A stretch of DNA of 64,000 nt. It comes from Capsulimonadaceae bacterium. GTDB lineage: Bacteria; Armatimonadota; Armatimonadia; Armatimonadales; Capsulimonadaceae. The stretch lies in the NCBI GenBank assembly GCA_965215505.1, contig OZ244065.1:3328001-3392000 (forward strand), in the 5' to 3' direction. Below, piece by piece: positions 1-7,886 of the stretch. The notes beneath the pieces are model-generated. The model did not search any database and was not told the origin of the DNA. It worked only from the letters and a program-made list of their open reading frames with translations. The position numbers and the translations under genes were made by a program. How positions within the stretch are numbered: position 1 is the first letter of the stretch; every line of letters begins with the position of its first letter.

Positions 1-1
1 G

Positions 2-757
2 CGGGCGTGGGGGTGGCTGGCGTCAACGCCCGACCACAACTTCAACGACAACCCGCCCGGCATCGCCACCGGCGGCTACGGCGACGATGACGCGCGCGAC
101 GAGCGGCTGTGGGCCGCCTCCGAACTGTTCCGGACGACGGGGGAGGGGAAGTACGAGGGGTATTTCCTAAGCCATTACGGCGCATGGCGGCCCGCGCTGA
201 ACGCCGAGTCACCCCCGAGCTGGCCGGACGTGTCCGCGCTCGCGATGTTTTCCTATGCCCTGACCGAAGGGGCGGACGCAGCCGCAGTCGCCCGGATCAG
301 GGCGGACGCCATCGCCGTCGCCGACGCCATCGCCGCCCGGTCGCAGGACAGCGGCTACCGCGTTCCTCTGACCAGCCAAGACTACATCTGGGGCAGCAAC
401 GCCGTCGTCGCAAACTACGCGCTCGTGCTGCTCTTCGCGGGCCGCTTCACGCCCAAGGCGGAGTACCGGAACGCCGCCCTGGACGCCCTGCATTATCTGC
501 TGGGACGCAACACGTTCGGCATCAGCTTCGTCACCCAGGTCGGCTGCCGGTGGCCGATGCACCCGCACCACCGGCCCAGCGGCGCGGACGGGGTTGAGCA
601 GCCCTGGCCGGGGATGCTGGTCGGCGGCCCCAACGCCGAGGGCCGGACGCCGCCCGCGCGGCAGTGGGCGGACGAGGAAGGCAGCTACACCACCAACGAG
701 GTCGCGATCAACTGGAACGCCCCCCTCGTGTTCCTCTTGGCCCACTTCTTGCCCTGA
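2..757 (+). CDS. Glycoside hydrolase family 9 (endoglucanase), 3' part; starts before the window
   Basis: Open frame from base 2. GH9 motifs DERLWAASELFRTTG, WGSN, HYLLGRN, HPHHR, GMLVGGPN, SYTTNEVAINWNA. Confidence 0.9.
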   Translation, partial: RAWGWLASTPDHNFNDNPPGIATGGYGDDDARDERLWAASELFRTTGEGKYEGYFLSHYGAWRPALNAESPPSWPDVSALAMFSYALTEGADAAAVARIRADAIAVADAIAARSQDSGYRVPLTSQDYIWGSNAVVANYALVLLFAGRFTPKAEYRNAALDALHYLLGRNTFGISFVTQVGCRWPMHPHHRPSGADGVEQPWPGMLVGGPNAEGRTPPARQWADEEGSYTTNEVAINWNAPLVFLLAHFLP

Positions 758-761
758 CCCG

Positions 762-1775
762 TCAGGCCCAGGCCGGCCCGAACACCTCAGCCAGCAGCTC
801 ATACGACCGCACCCGCTCCGCGTGACCATGCGTGATCGTCGTCACCATGACCTCATCGGCGTCCGTCTCCCCGGCCAGGCGGCATATCTGCGCGCGGACC
901 GCCTCCGGGTCCCCCAAAATCAGCCGCCGCCGCGTCTCCCGCACCTGGACCCGGTCGGCGAACGTGTAGGGGTACGCCCGCGCCTCGTCGGACGTCGGGA
1001 ACGGGGCCGGATTGCCGCGCCGCAGCCGCAGCCAGGCCAGGTCCAGGGAGGGTGCCAGCGCCTCCGCCTGCTCCGCCGTGTCGGCGCAGATCACCGAGGC
1101 CGTGACGATGGCCTGGGGCGTCGTGAGATGCTGCGAAGGGCGGAAGTTCTCGCGGTAGGCCCGCATCGCCTCGGCTGCGCCGTCCGGGTTGATGTGGTGG
1201 GCGAAGACGAACCCCAGCCCGCGTTGCCCCGCCAGGCGCGCGCTGTAGTCGCTCGACCCGAGCAGCCAGACGGGCGGGAGGGGGACGCCCGCCGGCACGG
1301 CGGCGACGGACCGGAAGGGATGGTCCTCCCCGAACCCGCCGCCCGCGAACGCGAACAGGTCATCAAGCTGCTGCGGCAGGTCATCCGCCCCCGCCCCGCC
1401 CGACGACCGCCGCAGGGCCGCCGCCGTGCGCGGGTCGGTCCCCGCCGCCCGCCCGATGCCGAGGTCTATCCGGCCCGGAAAGAGCGCCTCCAGAGTCAGG
1501 AACGATTCGGCCACTTTGAGGGGCGCGTGGTTCGGCAGCATAACCCCGCCCGACCCGACGCGCATCCGCGCCGTCTCGCGCGCCACCTGCCCGATCAGGA
1601 TCTCCGGCGAAGAACCGGCGATGCCGGACATGTTGTGATGTTCCGCCAGCCAGTAGCGGGTGTAGCCCAGAGCGTCCGCCCGGTGGGCCAAATCAAGCGT
1701 GTTTCGCAGAGCCTGCGCCGCCGTCATGCCGGAAGAGACGGGGGCCAGGTCGAGGACGGAAAGTGAGAGTGCCAT
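762..1775 (-). CDS. LLM-class flavin-dependent oxidoreductase (luciferase-like monooxygenase)
   Basis: [50 protein letters not shown] motifs. Confidence 0.93.
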   Translation of the reverse strand: MALSLSVLDLAPVSSGMTAAQALRNTLDLAHRADALGYTRYWLAEHHNMSGIAGSSPEILIGQVARETARMRVGSGGVMLPNHAPLKVAESFLTLEALFPGRIDLGIGRAAGTDPRTAAALRRSSGGAGADDLPQQLDDLFAFAGGGFGEDHPFRSVAAVPAGVPLPPVWLLGSSDYSARLAGQRGLGFVFAHHINPDGAAEAMRAYRENFRPSQHLTTPQAIVTASVICADTAEQAEALAPSLDLAWLRLRRGNPAPFPTSDEARAYPYTFADRVQVRETRRRLILGDPEAVRAQICRLAGETDADEVMVTTITHGHAERVRSYELLAEVFGPAWA

Positions 1776-1859
1776 GTATCAAGAACCCCGGCGGGGCGGG
1801 GGAGGGTTCCTGCGGTTCACAGGCGTGGGGAATCAAAGAGCCTCGCCCGACTGGTCAGT

Positions 1860-2083
1860 CCCGGCGTTAAACCGCCGGTCTACTCGGATGGGCCGCCCAC
1901 TTCGGGGCTTCTGAAGGAGCAAGACACGAGAGTAGGGCAGCAGGAGGGGCGAAGGAAGAGGAAAGGGTGAGGCAAGCAGTGCCTTTTTGTGGCCAGATCA
2001 ACGTCGTCCAGCGGCAACGTCCGAAGCCCCGAAGGGGCGGCCCACCGGCGAAGCCGGCAGTAGACCGGCCCTTCAGGGCCGGG
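1860..2083. repeat. REPIN-like inverted REP pair, family A copy 1
   Basis: cccggcgttaaaccgccggtctac ... gtagaccggcccttcagggccggg with inner cttcggggcttc/gaagccccgaag arms; second copy at 16447-16686. Confidence 0.8.
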
Positions 2084-2276
2084 ACGATGCTGGGCCGGAT
2101 TGCGCCAATACAGGAGGCCCAACAAGTGCCCGTGGCGATCGCTCCCGGCGCTGATGCGGCGTCATGGGCCTGAGCGATGAACGAGGCCGCACGGCGCCGC
2201 GTCTCCGGGTCAGGTGCCGCACCGTCCGGTCCCACCCCAGTTCGCTCTATCTGCCGCAAGGTGTTCTCGATCCCGC

Positions 2277-2687
2277 TTATGGCCTCGCCTCCTGGAGAAT
2301 CGTGTCGAACCGCTCATAGTCGCAGCCGCAGGTGGCCGCCGACTCGCCGCAGACGGGGCACTGCTCCGCAATGCATCCCCGCGCGTGGTACTGGCGCGCC
2401 ACAGCATCGCAGCAAGGGCAGGGGGCGTCCTGCGCCCCGCTCACCCCGTCCTCCTCGCCGTACCGGATACGCGGGTAGGCCCGTCCCCGGCAGACGTAGC
2501 CCGGCTCCGGGGGCGGCGGCCAGACATTCGGCGGGGCCGCAACGATGCTACGCCGCGTATCGGGGCCGAAGAGGTGACGCCAGCCATCCCGCAGCATCGT
2601 CCCGACCATGTACACCAGCAGGACGCAGAGGGCCAGGAACGTCAGGACGATGAAGCAGCCCACGGCAAGTGCGAGCGAGTGCATCAT
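2277..2687 (-). CDS. Hypothetical membrane-anchored Cys-rich protein
   Basis: N-terminal TM helix, VWPPPP motif, C-terminal CPCCD..YH..GC..EQCPVCGE...CGC cluster. Confidence 0.65.
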   Translation of the reverse strand: MMHSLALAVGCFIVLTFLALCVLLVYMVGTMLRDGWRHLFGPDTRRSIVAAPPNVWPPPPEPGYVCRGRAYPRIRYGEEDGVSGAQDAPCPCCDAVARQYHARGCIAEQCPVCGESAATCGCDYERFDTILQEARP

Positions 2688-2716
2688 TTCAGTGCATCAT
2701 TTCAGTGCATCATTTC
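2678..2716. repeat. 13-bp tandem repeat x3 (agtgcatcatttc)
   Basis: Exact copies at 2678-2690, 2691-2703 and 2704-2716. Confidence 0.95.
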
Positions 2717-3228
2717 GAGGGAGAGAAACGGGTGCTGAGTGTGCGGGAGGTTTTCAGCAGCCAGCCGGAGCCGCTCCGTACCCACAGATCACGGTCGGTG
2801 TCGCCGCCCGTGAACTCAGTTCTCTTCCCGCCCACCACCACCATCAGCGAGTTCCGGCTGCTGGTGTCCACGGTCGCGCCCGACGCCCCGAAACTGATGC
2901 GCGTGATGGTCGTGTGGGACGTCACCTGCGCGGGGCTTGCCAGGATTTTGGCCATGCCTTTGCGCGTCTGCTCCCTGTCATGGCTCGGCTTACGGCTGCC
3001 GGGGTCGTACTGCTGGTAATCGGGACTCAGGAAGGCGACGAACCTGTCCGCGTCTTTCCTGGCTACCGCCTGATCCATCTTCCGGTAGGCGCTCTGGATG
3101 AAAGCCTTGTCTCTGGCGGGGCTGTCCGCCAAAGTAGGGGTTGAAAGGCAGACGAGCGAAGCCAGGGCCAGGCTCCCGCCCAAGATCGCGACCAGGTCTC
3201 CGCGCGGCGTGTCCGTTTTTCCATTCAT
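2710..3228 (-). CDS. Secreted NTF2/SnoaL-like (DUF4440-type) protein
   Basis: Signal-peptide-like N-terminus, then IQSAYRKMDQAVARKDAD..FLSPDY...DLWVRSGSGWLL. Start placed at MNGKTD. Confidence 0.7.
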   Translation of the reverse strand: MNGKTDTPRGDLVAILGGSLALASLVCLSTPTLADSPARDKAFIQSAYRKMDQAVARKDADRFVAFLSPDYQQYDPGSRKPSHDREQTRKGMAKILASPAQVTSHTTITRISFGASGATVDTSSRNSLMVVVGGKRTEFTGGDTDRDLWVRSGSGWLLKTSRTLSTRFSPSK

Positions 3229-3507
3229 GGGGCTATCTTTCTCCGGTTTCGCGGCGGTCATACGGAGGAGCCGCCGCGCCCTGATTCGCCCTCGCCGCCG
3301 CCTTTTCCTGCCCCCCCACGGGAGGAGACGCCGATACTTCCGGTGCGGATGGCTTTCCATTGGCTCACGAAAATGCGCCATTTATGAGACGATCAGAACA
3401 GCCTTCCAGGCAGGTAAGGGAAACCTTTTGCCCTGGACAGTCGCAGGGCGGCAGCCTCCGCCCTCGATCTGCAGGCATGTGGGGAGAAAGGCTTGTCAGA
3501 GCGCCAC

Positions 3508-3536
3508 TTGACTTACTGCTCATTGTATGATATACT
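3508..3536 (+). promoter_or_regulatory. Sigma70-type promoter
   Basis: TTGACT (3508-3513), 17-bp spacer, TATACT (3531-3536) preceded by TGA (extended -10 TGn). Confidence 0.8.
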
Positions 3537-3542
3537 ATCCTC

Positions 3543-3617
3543 ACGTTGCCGAAGTCGACGGCAACAAAATAGGCAGCGTACCAGAGAGCGGCGATCCCAG
3601 GGGTCGGCGCTTTTTTG
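3543..3617 (+). ncRNA. Putative small RNA of about 75 nt
   Basis: Follows the promoter. 5' hairpin GTTGCCG/CGGCAAC, then a terminator-like hairpin agcggcgatccc/ggggtcggcgct and a T-run. No credible + strand CDS follows. Confidence 0.5.
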
Positions 3618-3677
3618 CTGTCTCAGCCCGGTCGCCGCCGGAAAGCCGGGGAGAAACAGGTTCTCCCCCGCCGTGCT

Positions 3678-4738
3678 TCAGGCCCTGTCCGGGAGCTGCG
3701 TATATTCCGGGAAGTTGCCGTAGAGCTTTTCGCCGGGTTCCCCCTGGGTGACGGCCAGGACCAGGTAGCGCCCGCCGACGAAGCAGCCCTTCTAGGACTG
3801 CCCGATGCCGCCGAAGACCTCTTCCCGGTCGCCCCGGCTCCGCACGGCGTTGATCCCGATCTTGAAGCCCCGTAACTGGTCGGCGATCTGCCGGGCCACC
3901 TGCGGGTCGTCGCACGCGATCGAGGAGACCAGGGAGCCGTTCGACACGTTCATCTCGGAGATCAGCTCCTCGACGTGGTCCACGACGACAATCGAGTCGA
4001 TCGGCCCGAACGGCTCATTTTGCCGCCGACGAAGGCGAGGCAGTCCACGAACTCGTTCCGCACCAGGGCCTCACTGAGCTGGCCGCCCGACCCGCTGACC
4101 AGCGAGACCGGCAGGCCCGCCCGCCGGGCGATGGCGTGGGCCAGCGTCAGTGCGTACAGCCCGCCGTCGGTCGGGGTCTGGGAGATCGAGGCGTTCCCGG
4201 CCAGCACCTGGACCAGGACGGCATGCATGAGTACGGACATGGGGTAATTCCAGGACGCGATGTTCGAGATCAGCCCCAGGGGCCGCCGCCGCCCCAGCAT
4301 GGCCTCGATGTTCTCGATGTACCCGATGTACCATTCGACCCCGCTGATGCAGCGGTCGATGTCCATCAGCGCCTGGGCGTGGGGCTGGCCGATCTCCCAG
4401 ACCAGGAGCAGGGCGATCAGCTCCCGCTGCCCGCGCAGTCCGTCCAGACAGAGCGAGACGCGGCGCTTGCGCTCGTCCAGGTCTATGGAGGCCCAGGCCG
4501 AGGCTTCCGACTTGGCATACTGGACCGCGCCGCGCGCCGTCTGCAAATCCAGCATGGGGATCTGACCGAGGCTGCGGCCATCCGCGGCCGACTCGTAGTG
4601 GCGGCCTGCGCCGGGATTCGACCAGTCGCCTTCGAGCAGGTTGAGTACATGGCCGTCCGAGGTGAAGGCCTCCGGCAGCTGTGCCGCCGTGTCTTGCAGG
4701 ACTTTGCTCCAGTCCGCGCTGGGGGAAATATGTAGCAT
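3678..4738 (-). pseudogene. Aldehyde dehydrogenase family pseudogene
   Basis: N-half (SNIASWNYP, LAGN, AFVGGK) jumps out of frame at about 4018-4021 straight to the C-terminal NEPFGPID...FGGIGQS. The catalytic middle is missing, and an in-frame TAG at 3792-3794 precedes KGCFVGG. Confidence 0.85.
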
Positions 4739-4768
4739 ACATGCTCCCTCCTGCGGGGCAGGGGATGA

Positions 4769-4981
4769 TTGTACCCATCCACACAGCGTTTGGGGCCTCT
4801 TTTGGGGGCGCGTCCCGCCGTGTTTACAGCAATAATCGCCACAGCCACTGTCAGCGGGGCGGCGCGGCGGGCGAGCCTGCTTCAGCGCCTCGCGCGGCGG
4901 TGGGACATGGTCGGGGTGCTGGCCCTGATGGGGTCGAGCGCCGCCTACGGCGTCTTCGCCCTGGCCCAAGTTGGCCTGTAG
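4769..4981 (+). pseudogene. 3' remnant (or small membrane peptide) ending RRWDMVGVLALMGSSAAYGVFALAQVGL
   Basis: Homologous to 7173-7451 with synonymous and conservative changes; no convincing start or RBS. Confidence 0.45.
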
Positions 4982-5001
4982 ACACACGGCAGGTTCACGA
5001 C

Positions 5002-5040
5002 GACGGCCCGGCCTCAATGTTGAGGCCGGGCCGTTCTCTT
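5002..5040. terminator. Hairpin between convergent genes, likely bidirectional terminator
   Basis: acggcccggcctcaa tg ttgaggccgggccgt followed by tctctt; near-identical copy at about 7477-7512. Confidence 0.7.
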
Positions 5041-5052
5041 GCGTGACGCCGA

Positions 5053-6786
5053 CTACCCGACGAACTTGACCAGGTTCATGAAGATCGGGGTGCCGTCCCC
5101 GCCCAGCATCGGCTTCCACCCGGCCGGGGCGGCGTTGACGACCGAGTCGCGGTCCGCATCCAGCAGGCCGTAGAAGACCTCGGAGATGATCCGGCCGGCC
5201 ACCCACCCGAGCTGCGTCTGCGCGCCGGCCCCGTTCAGCATCTGCGTTTCGGAGAACTCATGGTCCATGCCGTATTGGGCGTCGTCAACGATGGGGGCCT
5301 GCGCTTCGGCCAGGATGTAGAACCAGAGGGGGGTGTCCTCCTGGAGTTCCGGGGCGATGGGGACGAACTTGAAGAAGTTGACGATCTCGCCGGTTTCGTC
5401 CTTCTTTTTCCCCATGAACTTCCGAATGACAAGCTGCTCCGGAGTCAGCGTCGCCGCCCCCTCCAGCCCCCTAGCCCGGAGGGCGCAGGCGATCTCCTGT
5501 CCGCCCTGCACACGGTATTTGTTGCCGCGCAGCAGGTTGAGCAGGGCCAGAGAGGGGCGGGTCGGGGTCATCGGCGGGTCGGGCAGGCGGGGCATCGGGG
5601 GCAGGTGATTCGGCGCGATCGCGAGGTCGATCTCTTTGAGGATGCCGCCCTTCACCCCGCTGGTCGGCAGGATGTTCAGGGGCAGCGCGCCGAGCGGGTC
5701 CACGATGTTGGTGTCGAGCTTGTAGGCGTATTGCAGGGGCACGTCCAAGCCGGGGACGTCCTCCCCGGCGACGCGCGGACCCTGGCCCGTGGGGAGCCCA
5801 GGCCCGGCTTCGGGGAAGAAGCGCCGGAAGTCGTCAATGGCGAGGGCGGCGGGCAGGGGCTTGAACCCCAGCAGGCTGGGGGAGTCGGGGAGGTCCGGGC
5901 TGCCCGCGAAGATGTCGAGCATCGTCCCCCCGTTCACGCGGTACCCCTGCCGCACCCCCGAATGCCCATAACGGTACGCGGCGACCACGAACTCGCGGGG
6001 CAGGTTGTGGCGCTTGTCACGGGTGTAGAGGGCGTACAGCAGTTCCCGCTCCTGGGGGGAGGCCGCTGTTTCCAGGTCCCGCCGGACGTCCTCCCGCACG
6101 ATGCGCGGCAGGAAGTCGTTGACCACCAGGGTCTGGTAGGTCCAGCACACCTCGTTCCGGGCTTTATTGAAGAGGGCAGTCCCCGTCAGGGCCGGGTCGG
6201 CGGCGTGGAGCGCATTGACGACAGCGTTGTGGTAGCGGACGAAGAGGAGTTGGATCTGGCCGACGAGGACGTTCTCGTCGTTGCGCTTGTCGCCGATGAT
6301 CGCCCGCCCGTTCGGGCTGCGGAGCAGGTCCTGCGCGGCCTGATCGGTGTTCAGCCCCGCCATGCCGGTCTCGTCCGTGTCCCCGTTCTTGAACAGCAGG
6401 GAGGCCCCGTCGGACTTGTACAGGAACGGCATCGCGTCCGGCCCGTCGCCGTAGAGGGAGTCGAGATCGAAGCGGGGCGTCCGCAGGTTGGTGGGCATGC
6501 GGCTTTCGGGGTGGTCGTCCGGCGGGTTCAGGTCCGCCGTGTTCAGAGACGAGGTGTTGTCGAAGGTCAGGTCGTGGTCCACGAACTGGCCGAAATAAGT
6601 GTAACCGGCGGGCACCCACAAGTTCTCCTCGGGGTCCGCGCCGTCGTGGACCCCATCCGGCTCGCTCTTCATCGCGTCAGCGAGGTCCATGAGCAGGTCT
6701 ATGGGATAGCCCTCCTCGCGCAGTGGGAGCAGTTTGGTGAACTGCTGCTCGTGGGTCCCCACGGAACCATGACCTGAATGTTTCAA
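5053..6786 (-). CDS. Animal-type (peroxidase-cyclooxygenase superfamily) heme peroxidase
   Basis: PAGYTYFGQFVDHDLT, GDKRNDEN, AYRYGHS (proximal His), TPLWFYILAEA, GRIISEVF. TTG start with AAAGGAG RBS. Confidence 0.88.
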   Translation of the reverse strand: MKHSGHGSVGTHEQQFTKLLPLREEGYPIDLLMDLADAMKSEPDGVHDGADPEENLWVPAGYTYFGQFVDHDLTFDNTSSLNTADLNPPDDHPESRMPTNLRTPRFDLDSLYGDGPDAMPFLYKSDGASLLFKNGDTDETGMAGLNTDQAAQDLLRSPNGRAIIGDKRNDENVLVGQIQLLFVRYHNAVVNALHAADPALTGTALFNKARNEVCWTYQTLVVNDFLPRIVREDVRRDLETAASPQERELLYALYTRDKRHNLPREFVVAAYRYGHSGVRQGYRVNGGTMLDIFAGSPDLPDSPSLLGFKPLPAALAIDDFRRFFPEAGPGLPTGQGPRVAGEDVPGLDVPLQYAYKLDTNIVDPLGALPLNILPTSGVKGGILKEIDLAIAPNHLPPMPRLPDPPMTPTRPSLALLNLLRGNKYRVQGGQEIACALRARGLEGAATLTPEQLVIRKFMGKKKDETGEIVNFFKFVPIAPELQEDTPLWFYILAEAQAPIVDDAQYGMDHEFSETQMLNGAGAQTQLGWVAGRIISEVFYGLLDADRDSVVNAAPAGWKPMLGGDGTPIFMNLVKFVG

Positions 6787-6927
6787 AGCGTTGCTCCTTT
6801 AATTGGCTCACCCTGTTGTGGCCGATTGTGCTGGTGATGAGGCTGGCGTGATGAGACTGTGCCGAAACGACGGGGTGATTATGACGCCTGGATGTTGAAG
6901 CTCTTGTGACGGAAACCGCACATGTGC

Positions 6928-6943
6928 TGTGACATAGATCACA
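6928..6943. promoter_or_regulatory. CRP/FNR-family binding site consensus
   Basis: TGTGA-CATAGA-TCACA exact; near matches at 7149-7164 (AGTGA-N6-TCACA) and 6905-6920. Confidence 0.55.
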
Positions 6944-7172
6944 GGACCGCCATCAGTGATGTTCGAATGGGAGAGATCCGGCCAAGGGTGAACGCTCTTC
7001 ACTGGGACAAGAAACCAAGGTCAGTGCAGAGCCGAGAGTAAGCCGATGAAACATGATAACACGATTTTCGGGAGAAATCAAGCATTTATGGTGATGATCG
7101 CGAAACTTCTTTTCACCAAACCGACATAGGCCCCACCACGGCGCGCGGAGTGACAAAGTTCACACGCTGGGT

Positions 7173-7451
7173 GTGACGCCCGCCCCGGCCGCCTCCCTCG
7201 TCCCCATCTATAATACCCTCATCAACGACATTGAAGCGGACGGTAACACGGGGGACACGACCATGCAGCAGGCCATCTACAACAGCATCAACAGCAACGG
7301 CATCAGCATCCAGGCGGCGAACACGGGTGCCCCCAAGGCGTCCGGCCTGCGGAGGTGGGTGGCTCGGCGGTGGGACATGGTCGGCGTGATGGCCTTGATG
7401 GGGACGAGCGCCGCTTACGGCGTCTTCGCCCTGGCCCACGTTGGCCTGTAA
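7173..7451 (+). pseudogene. 3' remnant ending RRWDMVGVMALMGTSAAYGVFALAHVGL
   Basis: Coding-like codon usage; in-frame stop upstream at 7095 with no ATG before 7173; paralog of 4769-4981. Confidence 0.5.
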
Positions 7452-7532
7452 ATGTCGGCAGGTGAGCAAACACGAGAACGGCCCGGCCTCAATGTTGAGG
7501 CCGAGCCGTTTTCCCGTGTCATGCCGGAACAC

Positions 7533-7859
7533 TCAGGCGGCGAGGGCCTGCGCGTCGGAAGGCTGGGCGGGGACGAAGCGGACCTCGACGCGGCGGTGCA
7601 GGGCGGCGGCGATGCGCTCCAGCACGGCGAGGGAGTGCCCGTCATAGTCGCCGTCTTCCAGGCGGGAGATGGCGGACTGCGTGGTCCCGGCGAGGCGGGC
7701 GAGCTGAGTCTGGGTGAGGCCGGCTGCCTGGCGGGCGTCATGGATCGCCTGCGCGGCCTGGGACTTCACCCGCTCCTGGGCGCGCAGCGCGGAGTAGCCG
7801 GGATCATCGCCGAACTCGATGTCCAGGATCTCGGCGGCGTCACTAGTGGTATGGCTCAT
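7533..7859 (-). CDS. XRE-family HTH protein (HigA-like antitoxin type)
   Basis: IHDARQAAGLTQTQLARLAGTTQSAISRLEDGDYDGHSLAVLERIAAAL. Start placed at MSHTT; alternative ATG at 7886. Confidence 0.88.
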   Translation of the reverse strand: MSHTTSDAAEILDIEFGDDPGYSALRAQERVKSQAAQAIHDARQAAGLTQTQLARLAGTTQSAISRLEDGDYDGHSLAVLERIAAALHRRVEVRFVPAQPSDAQALAA

Positions 7860-7886
7860 TTCGGCCTTACACTTCCCCAGACCCAT

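Noticed and set aside
1867-2259. ORFs overlapping REPIN elements (also 16467-16829 and 51818-52285)
   Set aside because: Their similarity to one another comes from the DNA repeats, not from a protein family.
3545-3565. GTT...AAC palindrome resembling a CRISPR repeat
   Set aside because: Single 21-bp copy, no spacers, no cas genes.
6828-6875. Hammerhead-like words (TGATGAG ... GAAAC)
   Set aside because: The core reads GTGATGA rather than CTGANGA, and no stems II or III can be formed.
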